NCBI GenBank assembly: GCA_012026655.1
Contig: JAAILG010001569.1
Coordinates: 1-64,000, forward strand
Source of the DNA: Hydrolagus affinis
Taxonomy: Eukaryota
Reading direction: 5' to 3'
Length of the DNA: 64,000 nt
The translations under genes were made by a program, and so were the position numbers. Of this stretch, positions 1-11,745 are shown one piece after another (position 1 is the stretch's first letter; each line of letters begins with the position of its first letter). The notes beneath the pieces were generated by a model. It did not search any database. It worked only from the letters and a program-made list of their open reading frames with translations, and was not told where the DNA came from.

Positions 1-443
1 GAGAGGGTGAAAGAGACGGCTGGGGGGGGGTTGGGGGGGGAGAGAGACGACGGTGGGGGGGTGGGGAGGAGAGAGGGACGGCGGCGGGTGGGTGGTGGGG
101 GGGAGAGACAGGGTGGATGTGATAATATACAGATAGATAGTGATGGGGGGGATGTGAGAGAGACACAGAGACACAGACAGAAAAACAGAGAGATGGAGAG
201 AGTGAGAGACACAGAGAGAGAAAGATATTTACCTCCTGAGGAGATTGGCCCGGAATGCGCGCGCACCCGGAATGCGCGCACACCCGGAACGCACGCGCAT
301 CTTGAATGCGCGCGCACTCCGAATGTACGCGCCACGCGCGCATGCGCAGTACAAAAAACCAGAAAATATTGATATTTCGGTATATCTCGATATGAGCCCA
401 TCGATATATCTAAATCGGAAAATTTCCGTATCGACGGACCCTA
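1..443. mobile_element. Right end of a putative hAT-type non-autonomous DNA transposon (left end outside the window)
   Basis: CpG-rich block ends abruptly at ...TATCGACGGACCCTA (443). The reverse complement TAGGGTCCGTCGATA resembles TAGGG-type hAT TIRs. Subterminal CGATA-rich repeats; GA/G-rich interior. Confidence 0.5.
249..333 (+). repeat. 17-bp CpG-rich tandem repeat, 5 units
   Basis: CCCGGAATGCGCGCGCA / CCCGGAATGCGCGCACA / CCCGGAACGCACGCGCA / TCTTGAATGCGCGCGCA / CTCCGAATGTACGCGCC. Confidence 0.9.
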
Positions 444-457
444 GTGCCAACCAAATG

Positions 458-620
458 TAATAATCCTTTCATTTAATATGATACCTTCTCACATTGAGAA
501 GGCATCTCAGATTTTCACTATGTGTGTTGTAGGGAAATCTGGCAGCCTATTTGTGTACAGCAATATCCCACAAACAATAATGAAGTGAATGATTAATTTC
601 ATCTGGGGAATTGTTGGCCT
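458..620 (-). mobile_element. DeuSINE-type SINE 3' fragment
   Basis: TAATAATCC tail plus GGCAGCC..TTGTGTACAGCAATATCCCACAAAC core, reverse of the SINE body seen elsewhere in the window. Confidence 0.6.
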
Positions 621-2022
621 GGTTGGAATATGAAATTCTCTGACGCTGCATATTCCAAACAAAGTCCATAAATCGTTTTAAAAGTGAATTTGATTGACGT
701 TTGATAAAGGATATTGAAGATTACAGGGAACAAGCAGGAGAGGAGGATTAGTTTAGATGGATTGTATATAAAAAAACCCTGCAGATACTTGATGTGCCAA
801 ATGGTCTCTTTCTGTGCTTATTTAAGTCAATTTATGTTTGTTCGGAAGAACAACCTCGATCCAGACCTCTATGGAACCGCTATCATTCATTGGAACTTTC
901 CAATCCAAGAACAACCTTTCAGCCCTATCTTTTGCTTTCAACCTTCGAAACATTGCTTTGTCCATGTGGCCCATAAACCTTAATTTCATGCAAAATAATA
1001 TTTACTCTAAGCTTCTTATAAGGTATCAGATTCAATTGGATTAAAGCTAAATTTCACTGAAAAATGTTCTGGAGTGCCCTTATGCTTTAAGATAGCTTTA
1101 GCTCTCTGCAGTTCGAGTCCAGGATAACACTCTTGAATGATTTTATGGCTATGCTTTTGGGCTCTTTCTCATCTTTTTTGCTATTATGCTCCATTGCATG
1201 TTGTGAAACTGTGCAGTGCAGGCAAGGAATATGATTCTAATGATTGGCTAGCTCCTCTGACTGATCCCAAGCATTACCTCACTGGTCACAGCATCATCAT
1301 ACAGATAAGACTTTACATTTCTCTGACTGCCACTATTTGTTATATTAACTCCTTAGACAACATGATATAGTGCTATACCCAGTACTGAAACCCAATCAAT
1401 CTGATATCTGGGCCTGTATATCAAAAGGCAAGTACAGTAATAATGTTTTCAATCCCATCATCTGAATTGTTGGGGAATTGCTGTGGATTTGTTGTCATGC
1501 ATTTAACAACTGTTAGTCCTTGAAATAGTGGAAGTGCAACTCTCCCCCAAAGTTGTTTAATTCAACAATAGTTACAATATCCCTGAAACATCCATGTTTG
1601 TAATTCCAGACATATTTTATCAGTTCTTTCAACTCTTGCTCATTGTCCATATCAATGCTGCTAATTCTGGTATAAGAGTGCATTATGTCTATTTGATCCT
1701 CACAAGCACAAAATTCCTGAATTGTAAGTGTGGGGCCATATCTCTTATGTTTACAAACAGGGGTTATTTACTGGGGAATGTCAACACCATGCAAAACTCC
1801 CATTGTGACCTTCATTAAACACATATAATTTTTTTTTTTTTAAATTGATTTATCATTCTTTACATTGAGGGAACAGATACAAATAAAACATAATTTAGTT
1901 ACACTCATTCTACGCTATGGTCATGTTTAGATTTCTCAATCTGGTCATTATTCGTGACTTAAATGCTGTGCAATGATATCTCCAATTGTGGACACACCAG
2001 CAATATATTGCTAAAAAAAATC

Positions 2023-2080
2023 ATCTGCCCCAGAGCATTATCTGAATGAACCTTTTTAGAAATAATGCTCTGGGGCAGAT
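2023..2080. repeat. Perfect 19-bp inverted repeat with 20-nt spacer
   Basis: ATCTGCCCCAGAGCATTAT (2023-2041) / ATAATGCTCTGGGGCAGAT (2062-2080). Confidence 0.95.
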
Positions 2081-2959
2081 AGTTCCTTTCCTTTCAGTCT
2101 GTCGGTAGCTTTGATCATTCAATGGTCGCATGTTATCTGCCATTGACGCATTGCACTGTCCTGTAAGATGCTGAGCAGGTAATCAATGTAGTCTCTAATG
2201 AACTCTTCCCATCTTCTAATCTGTATCACAAGTCAACCAGAATCTTAACATAATCCCATTTAAGATGCCAAATTCCCAGTTAAAAAATTTATATCCATGA
2301 CTTGCGAAATGCATTCATTGAAGAAACATGAGAGAAGAGATAACTACTGTGCTTTACCTCAGTTTATTTAAACAAAATGTTAAGCAATATCTCTAGAGTA
2401 ATTAACTAATACATATTTTCCTCATCTGAGCTGTTCATGTGCTGTCACTCAAACTGCCTACATAATCATAATCAAACATCCCAAACTTCCAGCTACAATA
2501 GTTTTTAGTTACTGATGCCATACAGGACACCTTGAGGATGTCCTCCAACATCTCAAGCTTTATTTGTGGAATTTTGGACCAGAAGAAGAGCTCAATAATC
2601 CAAAAGAGCATAAACAGAACAATGATTTCTACTTTATCTTCCCCTCCGGTGCTCATAATCAAAGTTGTATAATCTTTTTTTTGTTTCTTGCTCATTTTGC
2701 ACCACAATTGTGTCTGAAAGCTAATAAACAGTTTCTCAATGTCAGAGTCATTTGGTTTAAGAAATAAAAGAGAAAAAGAAGAGAAAACAATTCCATGTCT
2801 ATTATATTAGAAATATACCCATAAGTGCTATCCATGAAACAATAAAATTGGTCTGGAAGAAAAAATCCAATATTGCACAAATCCCTTGAATCTTTGTTAT
2901 TATTATTATTTATTATCTTTGCCGATATCTTTATTTGTACTATTAGTTCACTCTAACGG

Positions 2960-4578
2960 TCCATCACCAGATCTGGCAGAATATTACCAAAATCTACCAC
3001 TCCACTCTTGCCTCAGCTACATTGCTCCTTGATTCCAAGATCGTCATAGGAGTCAAGGACAATCCCAGGCTTCTGTTTTGCACCAAAAAGCAGCTCCTCC
3101 ATCCATCTTCGCGTGCATCGTCAATCCACTCGCCCAATTGTAAATGTGAGAAGATGATGGATTTTCTCAAGTTCAAAATTGATGGGATGCACTCTGCCCT
3201 TTCTATCACCACCCTCTCCCCACCTTCTCTCAGGTACACCTTCAATGTGTCTGTCTTTGCCTGGTCTCTTTCGTACCTTTCCCATTTTCTCCATATGACA
3301 TTTACCAATGGCTTCTCCTCAAGCCTTGCATGGTAAGTCGTCTTGTTCCCCAGGACTATTTCCTTGGTTTTCTCCTTTTTTAATATCTACATGCTCCCTC
3401 TCTGGGATATCATTCACATGCATGAGATTAACTGTCACCTCTATCCCTTTGCTTCCACCATCAACTCCAGGGTTGTATTGATGGAATGTCTGTTAGACAC
3501 TCATGTCCTGGATGAGCCACAATTTTCTCTCATTGAATGTACACCAAGGCTCTTCCGATTGGCTCCCATCAGTATCACTAATGTTGTCAGTATCGCTAAT
3601 CATGGATCCTCTCTCCAGTTCACCAATTCAGTACAAATCCTTAAACAAAACACAAAATACTACAGATGCTGGGAATCTGAAACAAAAGCAGAAGTTGATG
3701 GGCAAACTCAGCAGGTCAGGCAGCATCCATGGAGAAAGGAAAAAGAGTCAACATTCAGGTCTACAACTAACCCGAAACATTGACTCTTTTTCCTTTCTCC
3801 ATGGATGCTGCCTGACCTGCTGAGTTTCCCCAGCAACTTCTGTTTTTGTTTCAGTACAAATCCTTGGTGCCTTGTCCAATGCTAGTGTCTTGTCTTTTAA
3901 ACCTTACTGCATGCCATGACAGTTCCGCCACTATCTCACCCCCCCCATGCTGGCAAAATACTCATCCTCGCATTCATCACATCACAACTCGACTACAGGA
4001 ACTCTCTCCTTATCGGCCTTCCTAACTCCTCCCTTCATAAACTGCAGATTATTCAGAACTCTGCAGCTCATGTACTCTGCCACACTAGGCTCTGCGACCA
4101 CATCACTCCCACCATCCCCATCTCCACTGGCTCCGCATCTCCCAGAGGGTTGAATTCAAGATCCTCATCCTCATTTTCAAGGCCATTCATGGCCTTGCCC
4201 CACCTATCTCTCCAACCTGCTGTCTCTCCATCAGTCTGCCCATCCCCTCCATTCAGTGGGCTCTGGCCTGCTCTACATCGCCCGAACCGCCCTACACATC
4301 GATGGCTGGGCTTTCAGCCTCTCTGCCCTCACACTCTGAACTCCATCCTGCAATCCCTTTGCCTCGCTTCCTCCCTTTCCTCCTTCAAGGCCGGTCTCAA
4401 AACCTTCCTCTTCGACCGTGCCTTCTGTTCCCTTCCTAACTCCCCCACCTTTCCTACCCTTCTTCCCCCTACCCCAACCCCCTCCACACCCGCTCGGGTC
4501 CCGACCTAACTGTTAAGCACCTTGGGATGTCCTCCGGACGTGAAAGGTACTCTATAAATGTAATTTTGTTGTTGTTTT
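2960..4578 (+). mobile_element. L2 LINE, degraded and internally deleted ORF2 plus 3' end
   Basis: ORF 3916-4509 contains ILILAFITSQLDYRNSLLIGLP..LHKLQIIQNSAAHVL (L2 C-terminal region). C-rich 3' UTR, GATGTCCTCCGGACGTGAAAGG stem-loop and (TTG)n tail. Confidence 0.9.
3643..3854. mobile_element. Penelope-like-derived foldback element inserted in L2
   Basis: ~75-bp near-perfect inverted arms 3677-3751 / 3780-3854. Flanked by direct repeat TTCAGTACAAATCCTT (3627-3642, 3850-3865). Same arm sequence as the elements at 24.6 kb and 59.5 kb. Confidence 0.75.
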
Positions 4579-4697
4579 TATTGTTGCCTTTCCCATCTCC
4601 ATAATATAGCCCACCTCAACCCCTTCACTATCCATTCTCTTGGAATGTTCTCCTGACATAAATGGTAGCAAATAACCACAATTGTTTGGGTTATCGT

Positions 4698-5017
4698 GGA
4701 GTCTTGTAACTCAGTGGTAAGACAACTCGCCTCGCAAATGAGACACCTGGGTTTCATTCCCAGCAAGGTGAAACCTTGGCCAAGTCTCCTTACTCCACAC
4801 GCCTGGTAGTAATCCCTCTAGAAAAAAACACAGTAATAAATTGGTCACTTCAATCCACGATTATTTGTGGGACACTGCCATATACAATTGTCTTGCTCGT
4901 TTTGCCCACAAATATACTTCAATTCACTTTATAGGTGTTCTGTGAAGCGCTTTGAGACATCTAGGAGATGTGAAAATTGTTATATCAAATGCAAGGATTA
5001 TTATTATCATTATTATT
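4698..5017 (+). mobile_element. tRNA-derived SINE (Deu core, L2-like tail), full length
   Basis: Head GGAGTCTTGTAACTCAGTGGTAAG (A box), GGTTTCATTCC (B-box-like), tail AAATGCAAGGATTATTATT. Confidence 0.9.
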
Positions 5018-5759
5018 GTTGTTGTTTTTTCAAAGTTTTCAGTGGATTACATTATAAAAAAGATGGTAGAGTTGCAAACTGTTTTGTTGGACATCAGCCA
5101 TGGATTTTCTTTGTCTTGCAACATTTTTGCCAAGATTATACAGCGGATTTAGCAAATTCTATCACTGCTAAATCCTTGTATTGTGCTAGCATTTGATGAA
5201 ACAATCTGCTTATTGTCCAAGTGTTTTACATCACAATTCACTTACCATAAAATCCCAAAGTACCAACGTGTTTTCCATGCATGTTTTTATATTCATAGTA
5301 ATTTATGCTGTGAGGCTTTTATGCCATAAACGTTTGAATGTTAAAACCACTTTAGCTACCCACACTAATCTGAATTTATGATGCATGCAACTAAACCTTC
5401 TCACACCTAGCCTAAGTGCAAATTGTCCTGTCATTAATGCTGATGATTTGTTAGCCTTCCTTTAGCCCGAACACAATCATTTAAGCACTTATCAATTGTT
5501 TTGTAATACATTTCCATCTTTTCTTTCTCACTTTTTCTTTTGTATTTTTACCCCCGCCAGCTCTCATTTTCTTACTTCTATTTTATTTTCATCTTCTTGT
5601 CTAGTTTTGCTTATTTTCAGCACTTTGAGGACAATATCAAAGCACACTTAATGTCTTATATTTAATATCCACATTATGTAATGGATTATTTAAATAATAA
5701 ATCCTTTCATAAGTTCCCTGCAAAATAATAATAATATTACTCCTTACAATCTGGTTTAT

Positions 5760-6080
5760 GGAGTCTGTAGCACAGTGGTTAGAACACTTGCCTCACAGGC
5801 GAGACACCTGTAGGGTGAAATGTTGGGCAAATTTCCTTTCTCCTCATGCCTCTGCTTACCTGGCAGTAAGTTAGTTAATTGGTGGATCACTTTCCTTTAC
5901 AATAATTCCTTGAAAAAAATTTGATCACTTCAATGGTTGCTGTGTGCAATTGCCTGCCATATTTTACCCACAAAATATGCTGTCAATTCACTTCATAATA
6001 TATTCTGCGAAGAGCTTTGAGATGGCTCAAATACGTGATAATGCACAATATCAAATGCATGATTATTCATTTTATTATTA
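5760..6080 (+). mobile_element. tRNA-derived SINE
   Basis: GGAGTCTGTAGCACAGTGGTTAG head; CAAATGCATGATTATT tail. Confidence 0.85.
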
Positions 6081-6199
6081 TGCCTTTTCGTGTTGTTGTG
6101 ATGTCTCATTGTGTTTCATGGGATTTTTAACCACAGCTTGCATTTATATAGTGGTTCGAACAGAATAGTATCTTGGAGCCATGTGGCATGAATAATCAT

Positions 6200-6440
6200 G
6201 AAGTGAATGATCAATTTTACGCGAGGAATTGTTGACCAGGATACAAGAAGAAACGCTCTTAATTTTTTGAATAGTGTAATAGGATCTTTAATGTCCACTG
6301 AACAGCACCTTCAACAATGTAGCACAGCCCAGTACTGCACTGGTTGCCAGACTATGAGTTCAAAAACCTAACATAGGGTGTGAGCGGACAATCCTTCAGA
6401 CTCAGATGCAAGAGTCTACCAACTGACCCAGGTTGCCACC
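6200..6440 (-). mobile_element. Older DeuSINE (SacSINE1-like) fragment
   Basis: GGATCTTTAATGTCCAC..CAGTACTGCACTGG..CAGACTCAGATGCAAGAGT..ACCAACTGA, reverse of the SacSINE1-type head and body. Confidence 0.7.
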
Positions 6441-7369
6441 TGATATTACCATTTGCTTAAAGTGGACCACATGTTGTAGTGATATTGCTGATATGGTTGA
6501 AGAACTCATAACATGCACTGTATAACATTCAGAAATGTTTTTATTGCAGTAGAAGAATACCAGGTAACTGTTGTTGTTGTTTGTTGAAATGTGCAAATGA
6601 TTAATACTGTATACATGGCTTAATTATGACTCTAGAAATATATTGAGTTTTCATAAAACAGTACATGTAAGTGAGTGGGACTTTGAGGCTTAATGATTTA
6701 ATTAAGGTGCATTTTACTGGGAAGGTGAAGATTTGCAACTATGAGGTGCTGTTGGCTGGACTTTTGCAATTATTTTGAGCATTTTTATTTCAATTGATGG
6801 AAAACCTTTTTAGTTCCAATAAGATTTGTACTGGTAAGGAAATGACTAGGATTTGGTGCACACTCTAATATACAATATCAAGGAAAGGAGGCAGTTCAGG
6901 ACTTTGCAAGTCATTTGAATTTACTTCAGTTCAGTTTGCTAGGTTATAAAAGATTATTCTATAGGAACGAAGGGGAATAGGCTTGAATACAATCAAAGCA
7001 AGTTATACAATGTGCAGTTGAAGTAATAGAGTAATTCGCTGATTTGCTGTATATTTGTAAAAAAAAATACTGTTGTTCCGAGATAAACATATCACTTTCT
7101 AAAATGTAGCATTTCAAACAGAAACTTACTGTTCTTATTGCAATTTTGCTAATTCCAACCTTTAGTGTTTTGCTTTCGGTAGAGAAAACAAACATTTCAC
7201 CAAGTTTTGAAAAACAAAACACTGGTCACTAAACATTTTCTGGCAGCATTTCAGATTCTACATATTTTTCCATGAAATTTTTATTCCATTTTTTAATGAT
7301 TTGCTCAGATTGAAGGCAAGTCTTGTTTAGCTATAGCAGTTTCATTTTTGGATTAACTGGATATCTGCT

Positions 7370-7850
7370 TATACCCAAACCATAAGAATATCCAAACAAA
7401 ACAGAGAGTTCCAAATATGCACAAAACATACAAAAAGGAAAATGTACCCCGTTCTGAATTGAAATGCATTCTCTCTCCCAGAAAAGCTACACCCAGCTTT
7501 CCTTATTCCAGAAAGTACTAGGCACAGATTGGCAGCAGCCCAGTCTTGGAGAACCCAGCGTGTGCATTTAGGTACTGCTGGAGTGTGAAAACCCAACACC
7601 ATAGAGTTTCCATTGTAAGCTAGTCCAATATACTGTATATCCCTACGTGGCTAAGTTTTTAGCTTACAGGGTTTCAGCAGTCTAGTGGAACAAATCTCTG
7701 CTTCCAGTGACATCAAAGCCTTTGCCACTTGAAAAAAGCATTGTAAATTTGTCTGAATGCTTCTGGAACGGCATAACAAAGTGTCTTTCCCTCACTGCTG
7801 TGGTGCTGTGCACATCTTCACAAATCAGAAATAAAAAATCCTTCAAGAGC
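7370..7850 (+). mobile_element. Old unnamed dispersed repeat, copy A
   Basis: Collinear similarity to 40780-41090, 47060-47300 and 60320-60630 (e.g. TGCATTCTCTC..CCAGA, GTACTGCTGGAGT, CAGGGTT..AATCTCTGC..CCAGTGACA). Confidence 0.6.
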
Positions 7851-8299
7851 TGCTGATGAACAAGACTGGCTGATTTATCATTAGCGATCGTCGTCTCCCC
7901 CCCACCACACTTCCTAAGGATAATGACTAGCTCATTATTTGGCATCCAACATGAGTAGTTTTGACTACTAGTTGGATAACTGATTTGTGAATTTTGCATT
8001 CTAGACCACATTCTCTTATATTTCTGCCTACTTCCTTAGCTTGTATGAGCATCACAATATTTATTTCCACACTTTCAAATCCAGACATACTCACACATCA
8101 CTGTGTCTTTGCTGCACCAAACCACAAGTGACCTATAGAAACCTATATGGCCTTAGTTGGAGAAGATGTTCAGAAGAGATTGAGTGTAAAGTTGTTTGAG
8201 AGTGGAATTTGTGAGTGCATCCAAGCGAAGTTAAAATGGGAAAAGCTCCATCTGCCAGCAGTTAGACATTCAATAAGGCTTATCCAAACACTTAGTGAA

Positions 8300-8688
8300 A
8301 ATAATAATAATAATCCTTGCATTTGATGTAGTATCTTGTCACATCTTTAAGTGATATGAAAGTTCTTCACAGAATATGCTGTTGAGTAGATTGATTGTGT
8401 ATTCTGTGCGTGAAACACAGCAGGCAATTGCACACAAAAGTACAGTATGCCACAAACAGTTGTGGAATGATTGATTGTGGATACGGTGGGGGGATGGGGT
8501 GAGGGATATTATTACCCACGGAAAGTGATCTGTCAATTCAATAACAACCAGGCAGGTTCCTGCTTACTGCTTAGGTAAACAGAGGTATGTGCAGTTAAGA
8601 AACTTGCCTATGGTTTTGCCCCAACCGGGAATCAAGCCTGGGTCCACTTATTCATGAGGCGGTGTGCTGAACACTACACTACAGGACT
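8300..8688 (-). mobile_element. tRNA-derived SINE
   Basis: AATAATAATCCTTGCATTTGAT tail through CTACAGGACT head on the reverse strand. Confidence 0.85.
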
Positions 8689-9837
8689 AAACTTCACACT
8701 GCAATCCTGTCTATGACCTTAAATGCTTGATAATAATTCTGAAGACACTGTACAAGAAATTTTATACTTGATGTTTCAGAAGAAAATGCCGCAAGTGCTG
8801 AAGAGAAGGACAATATGATTTATGATGATGTGCACGGGCACTACAGCAGTCAGGAAGAGACAAAATATTGTATCCTACCAGAGGCATTCAGACAGAAATC
8901 TGATGATTTTATGAGTGACATAGCAAGGTGTGTTCTGCAAGGAAAGTACTGAAGCAAGCATCTGATTCAAACGCTCATGAAGTATGGGAGGTGGATGGTA
9001 GCAATGGGGTTGTGAACCAGCAGTCAACTGACTGAAGCAGGCTGCCAAGCAGAACAGAACAACATGCCTGAAAATCTGTGCATCTTGAAAGAATTCCTGT
9101 TATATCTGTTAATGAAGCAAAATATGAAGTCATTTATACACCAGCCACAATAATGAATATAGTTTGACAATCATGGATAAAGATAAAATCATTTAAAAAA
9201 ATTATAGCACCTTTCATGTTGCGAGAATGTCTCAAAATGCTAAATGAGCACTTAAGCTGAAGGTGGGATTCAAGAAAGGTGGAGAGGAGAAAGATAACCA
9301 AAATTGGGGTGAATGAGGTATGTTTTGATGGGAATTTTCAATCATAGCATTGTAGCCAATCATTGTTTTCAATATTTTTCATATTTAGATGATTACATAA
9401 GTAACAATGCGGTAAGTGATTTCTATAGTACCTTTTCTAGCTAAGATATTTATCGGTTGTGTATTAATATATTGCATACTGTACTCAATATCAATAACCA
9501 ATGATTAGTGAGTCGTGTAACTAAAGGCTAATATAAATGTCTTTGCATTGTAGGGATAAATACTTAAGCTAGCATTTGGTACAGTGCATCAACTGTGAAA
9601 ATGTGTCAAAGTACTTCAGTTAATTCCTGTCAATTGCTTTGACTTGTATTTTTTAGTTGTACAAGGCAATCAGTTTACATACAGCAAAGTCCCACAAGCA
9701 AAAAACGGCCAAGAAATGATGTTTTAAAAATATATGGGAATGGTAGCCCGAAGATCCCTTCTCTTTTCAAATAGAATAATGCGATCTGTAACATCCAGCT
9801 GAACAGTGGGATGGTTCATTTAATTTCTCATCTGAAG

Positions 9838-10156
9838 CAATGGCAGAACCAAGTTTTGCAATTGGAGGCAGTGGGAGGCGGGGAATGGATCATTTGTGGT
9901 GCCACCTTCTCATTGCTTTCCATACTGGTTGTGGTTCTGCGAGGCAAGAGGCAGCTGGGAGAATGGTAGGAAGAGAGCCAGAGCAGGATCTATGAGGCAG
10001 CAATGTTAGTAGTGGGAGAAGAGGCGGAACGGGAGGTAATGGCGCCATATATACAGTACATATATCAAAAGGCTGCCAGGTGGGGGGTTGGGGTGGATGG
10101 GGTGGGGGGGAGGGGATACAATTCCCCACCTCCAGTTACTATGAACTCTGCCACTA
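9838..10156. mobile_element. hAT-type MITE with 8-bp TSD, inserted in a DeuSINE
   Basis: TSD ATCTGAAG at 9830-9837 and 10157-10164. Imperfect TIRs CAATGGCAGA..ATTGGAGG / CCTCCAGTT..TCTGCCACTA. The host SINE (approx. 9590-10230, minus) reads through when the insert is removed. Confidence 0.75.
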
Positions 10157-10589
10157 ATCTGAAGGATAGAGATTCTAAAAATACAACACTTCCCCCAATA
10201 GAGCAGTGCAATGTCAGGCTAGACAGTTACAGAAATGCATCAAAAATTTCCATCATGCTATTATGTACATAGTAAGATTTTACCATGACACAATTTCACT
10301 AAATATAATTGGAATTGTATTGCCTTGATCTTCTTACTGTATCATTGTTTATGATGCTCTGTATATGAGAAAAGCAATAAACATTGTTAAGGTGAAAAAT
10401 GTTGTATTGAACCTAACCCAGATCTTACAATAAATGTACATTGTATCTGAATGTGACATGACAATGACAAATAACTGATAAATCACTTATGCAGTATTTT
10501 GGAGAATACATTTAAATGAAGCACAGTTTTGACAATCATTGCTTTCAAGCTATAACTGCATCATGGTAGCTTGGTACCTGAAGCTAAAG

Positions 10590-10855
10590 AATAATAACAA
10601 CAACAACAACAACAACTTAGATTTAAACAGCAACCTCCACCACGGACGGCGTCTCAGAGCACTTCACAATAGCGGATCCCAGGACCGAGCCAGGGTCAGG
10701 AGTAGAAACATGACTGAAACTTTTAAGGTGAGGTATTGCCGGAGATGTACAATCTATCGGAGGTGGAATAAGGCGGTGCTGATGAGGGACTGGATGTGGG
10801 GGAAGAAGTACTGTTGGGGGTCGAACCTGATGCCTAGGTTGCGCACAGGTTCAGA
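10590..10855 (-). mobile_element. L2 LINE 3' fragment (second subfamily)
   Basis: (CAA)n tail followed by GGACGGCGTCTCAGAGCACTT; the same end occurs at ~15880-15960 and ~55130-55190. Confidence 0.7.
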
Positions 10856-10859
10856 GAAT

Positions 10860-11280
10860 AATGGTCTCTACTCACTTTCAATCCTTTCTCCTTGAAAGGA
10901 TGTTGTTTGAACTTTCCTGTATACTCTTCAGAAAAGATTTGGATGAAGACATAGTATCTAATGTCGTCTCTGAAATTATCTTTTAAACACTATACCTTTA
11001 AACTCTTGTTCTGTTATCCTGGCATGAATAAAAGTATTGTTCTGGATTTATCTTCTCAATCCTGTTTAACGTTATATACAGTAAACCTCAATAAGGTCCC
11101 GGTGAAGCGATATATTTCTAAGGCCGAAGAGTCCAAATGATGTTCATAGTACATTCCTCTTACACTGGGAATCATTCTCATTGTTCTCCTTTGCACTTCC
11201 TGAAGGACACATGCTGTAGGCAGCCCACTTATGTGTGGCTGAACCAATACACTATATAACTTCATATGACTCCTGGGGAT
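10860..11280 (-). mobile_element. CR1 LINE 3' fragment, degraded
   Basis: ORF 11056-11265 KLYSVLVQPH..LQEVQRRTMRMIPSVRGMYYE matches the CR1 ORF2 C-terminus. Confidence 0.75.
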
Positions 11281-11309
11281 CTGAAATAAACTGACTTGGC
11301 AAAGGACAA

Positions 11310-11745
11310 TAGTAATATTTCATTTGATATAGTGCCCTATCACATGGTCGAGACATCTCAAAGCGCTTCATAGGATTTACTATAAAGTGGATTGACTGCA
11401 TTTTATGGGGGAACATGGCAGTCAATTGTGTACAGCAAAACAGCCCAAACAGTCATGGAATGAGTAACACAATTTATTTTGAGAATTTTTGGCCAGAATA
11501 CTGGGAGAAACTTCCTTCTCTTTTACCAAATAATGCCATAGGATCTTTAACACCCAACTCAACTGGCAGATAGAATCTTGGTTTTTCATCTCATCTGAAG
11601 GATATCACCTCTAACAATGCAATATACCCCTAGCACTGCATTGGAGTGTCATGTTAGACAATGAATGTCCAAGTCCTGACACAGACATTAACCCACAACC
11701 TTCTGACTTATAAGCAAGAATAATACCATTCCACCAGGTTGCCAC
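11310..11745 (-). mobile_element. Older DeuSINE (SacSINE1-like), near full length
   Basis: Tail CATTTGATATAGTG, Deu core, TGCCATAGGATCTTTAAC, CTCATCTGAAGG, AACCCACAACCTTCTGACT head. Confidence 0.8.

Noticed and set aside
7-372. 121-aa ORF and overlapping ORFs
   Set aside because: Products of GA/G-rich low-complexity sequence and a 17-bp tandem repeat.
4698-4770. tRNA-like sequences here and at 25983, 48382 and 55282
   Set aside because: They are SINE heads continuing into SINE bodies, not full cloverleaf tRNA genes.
8780-8952. Apparent exon (TTTCAG|..AAG|GTGTGT) encoding EEKDNMIYDDVHGHY, with a YDDV SH2-type motif
   Set aside because: Its core is homologous to an inverted copy at 7750-7827, indicating a dispersed repeat; no neighbouring exons are recognisable.
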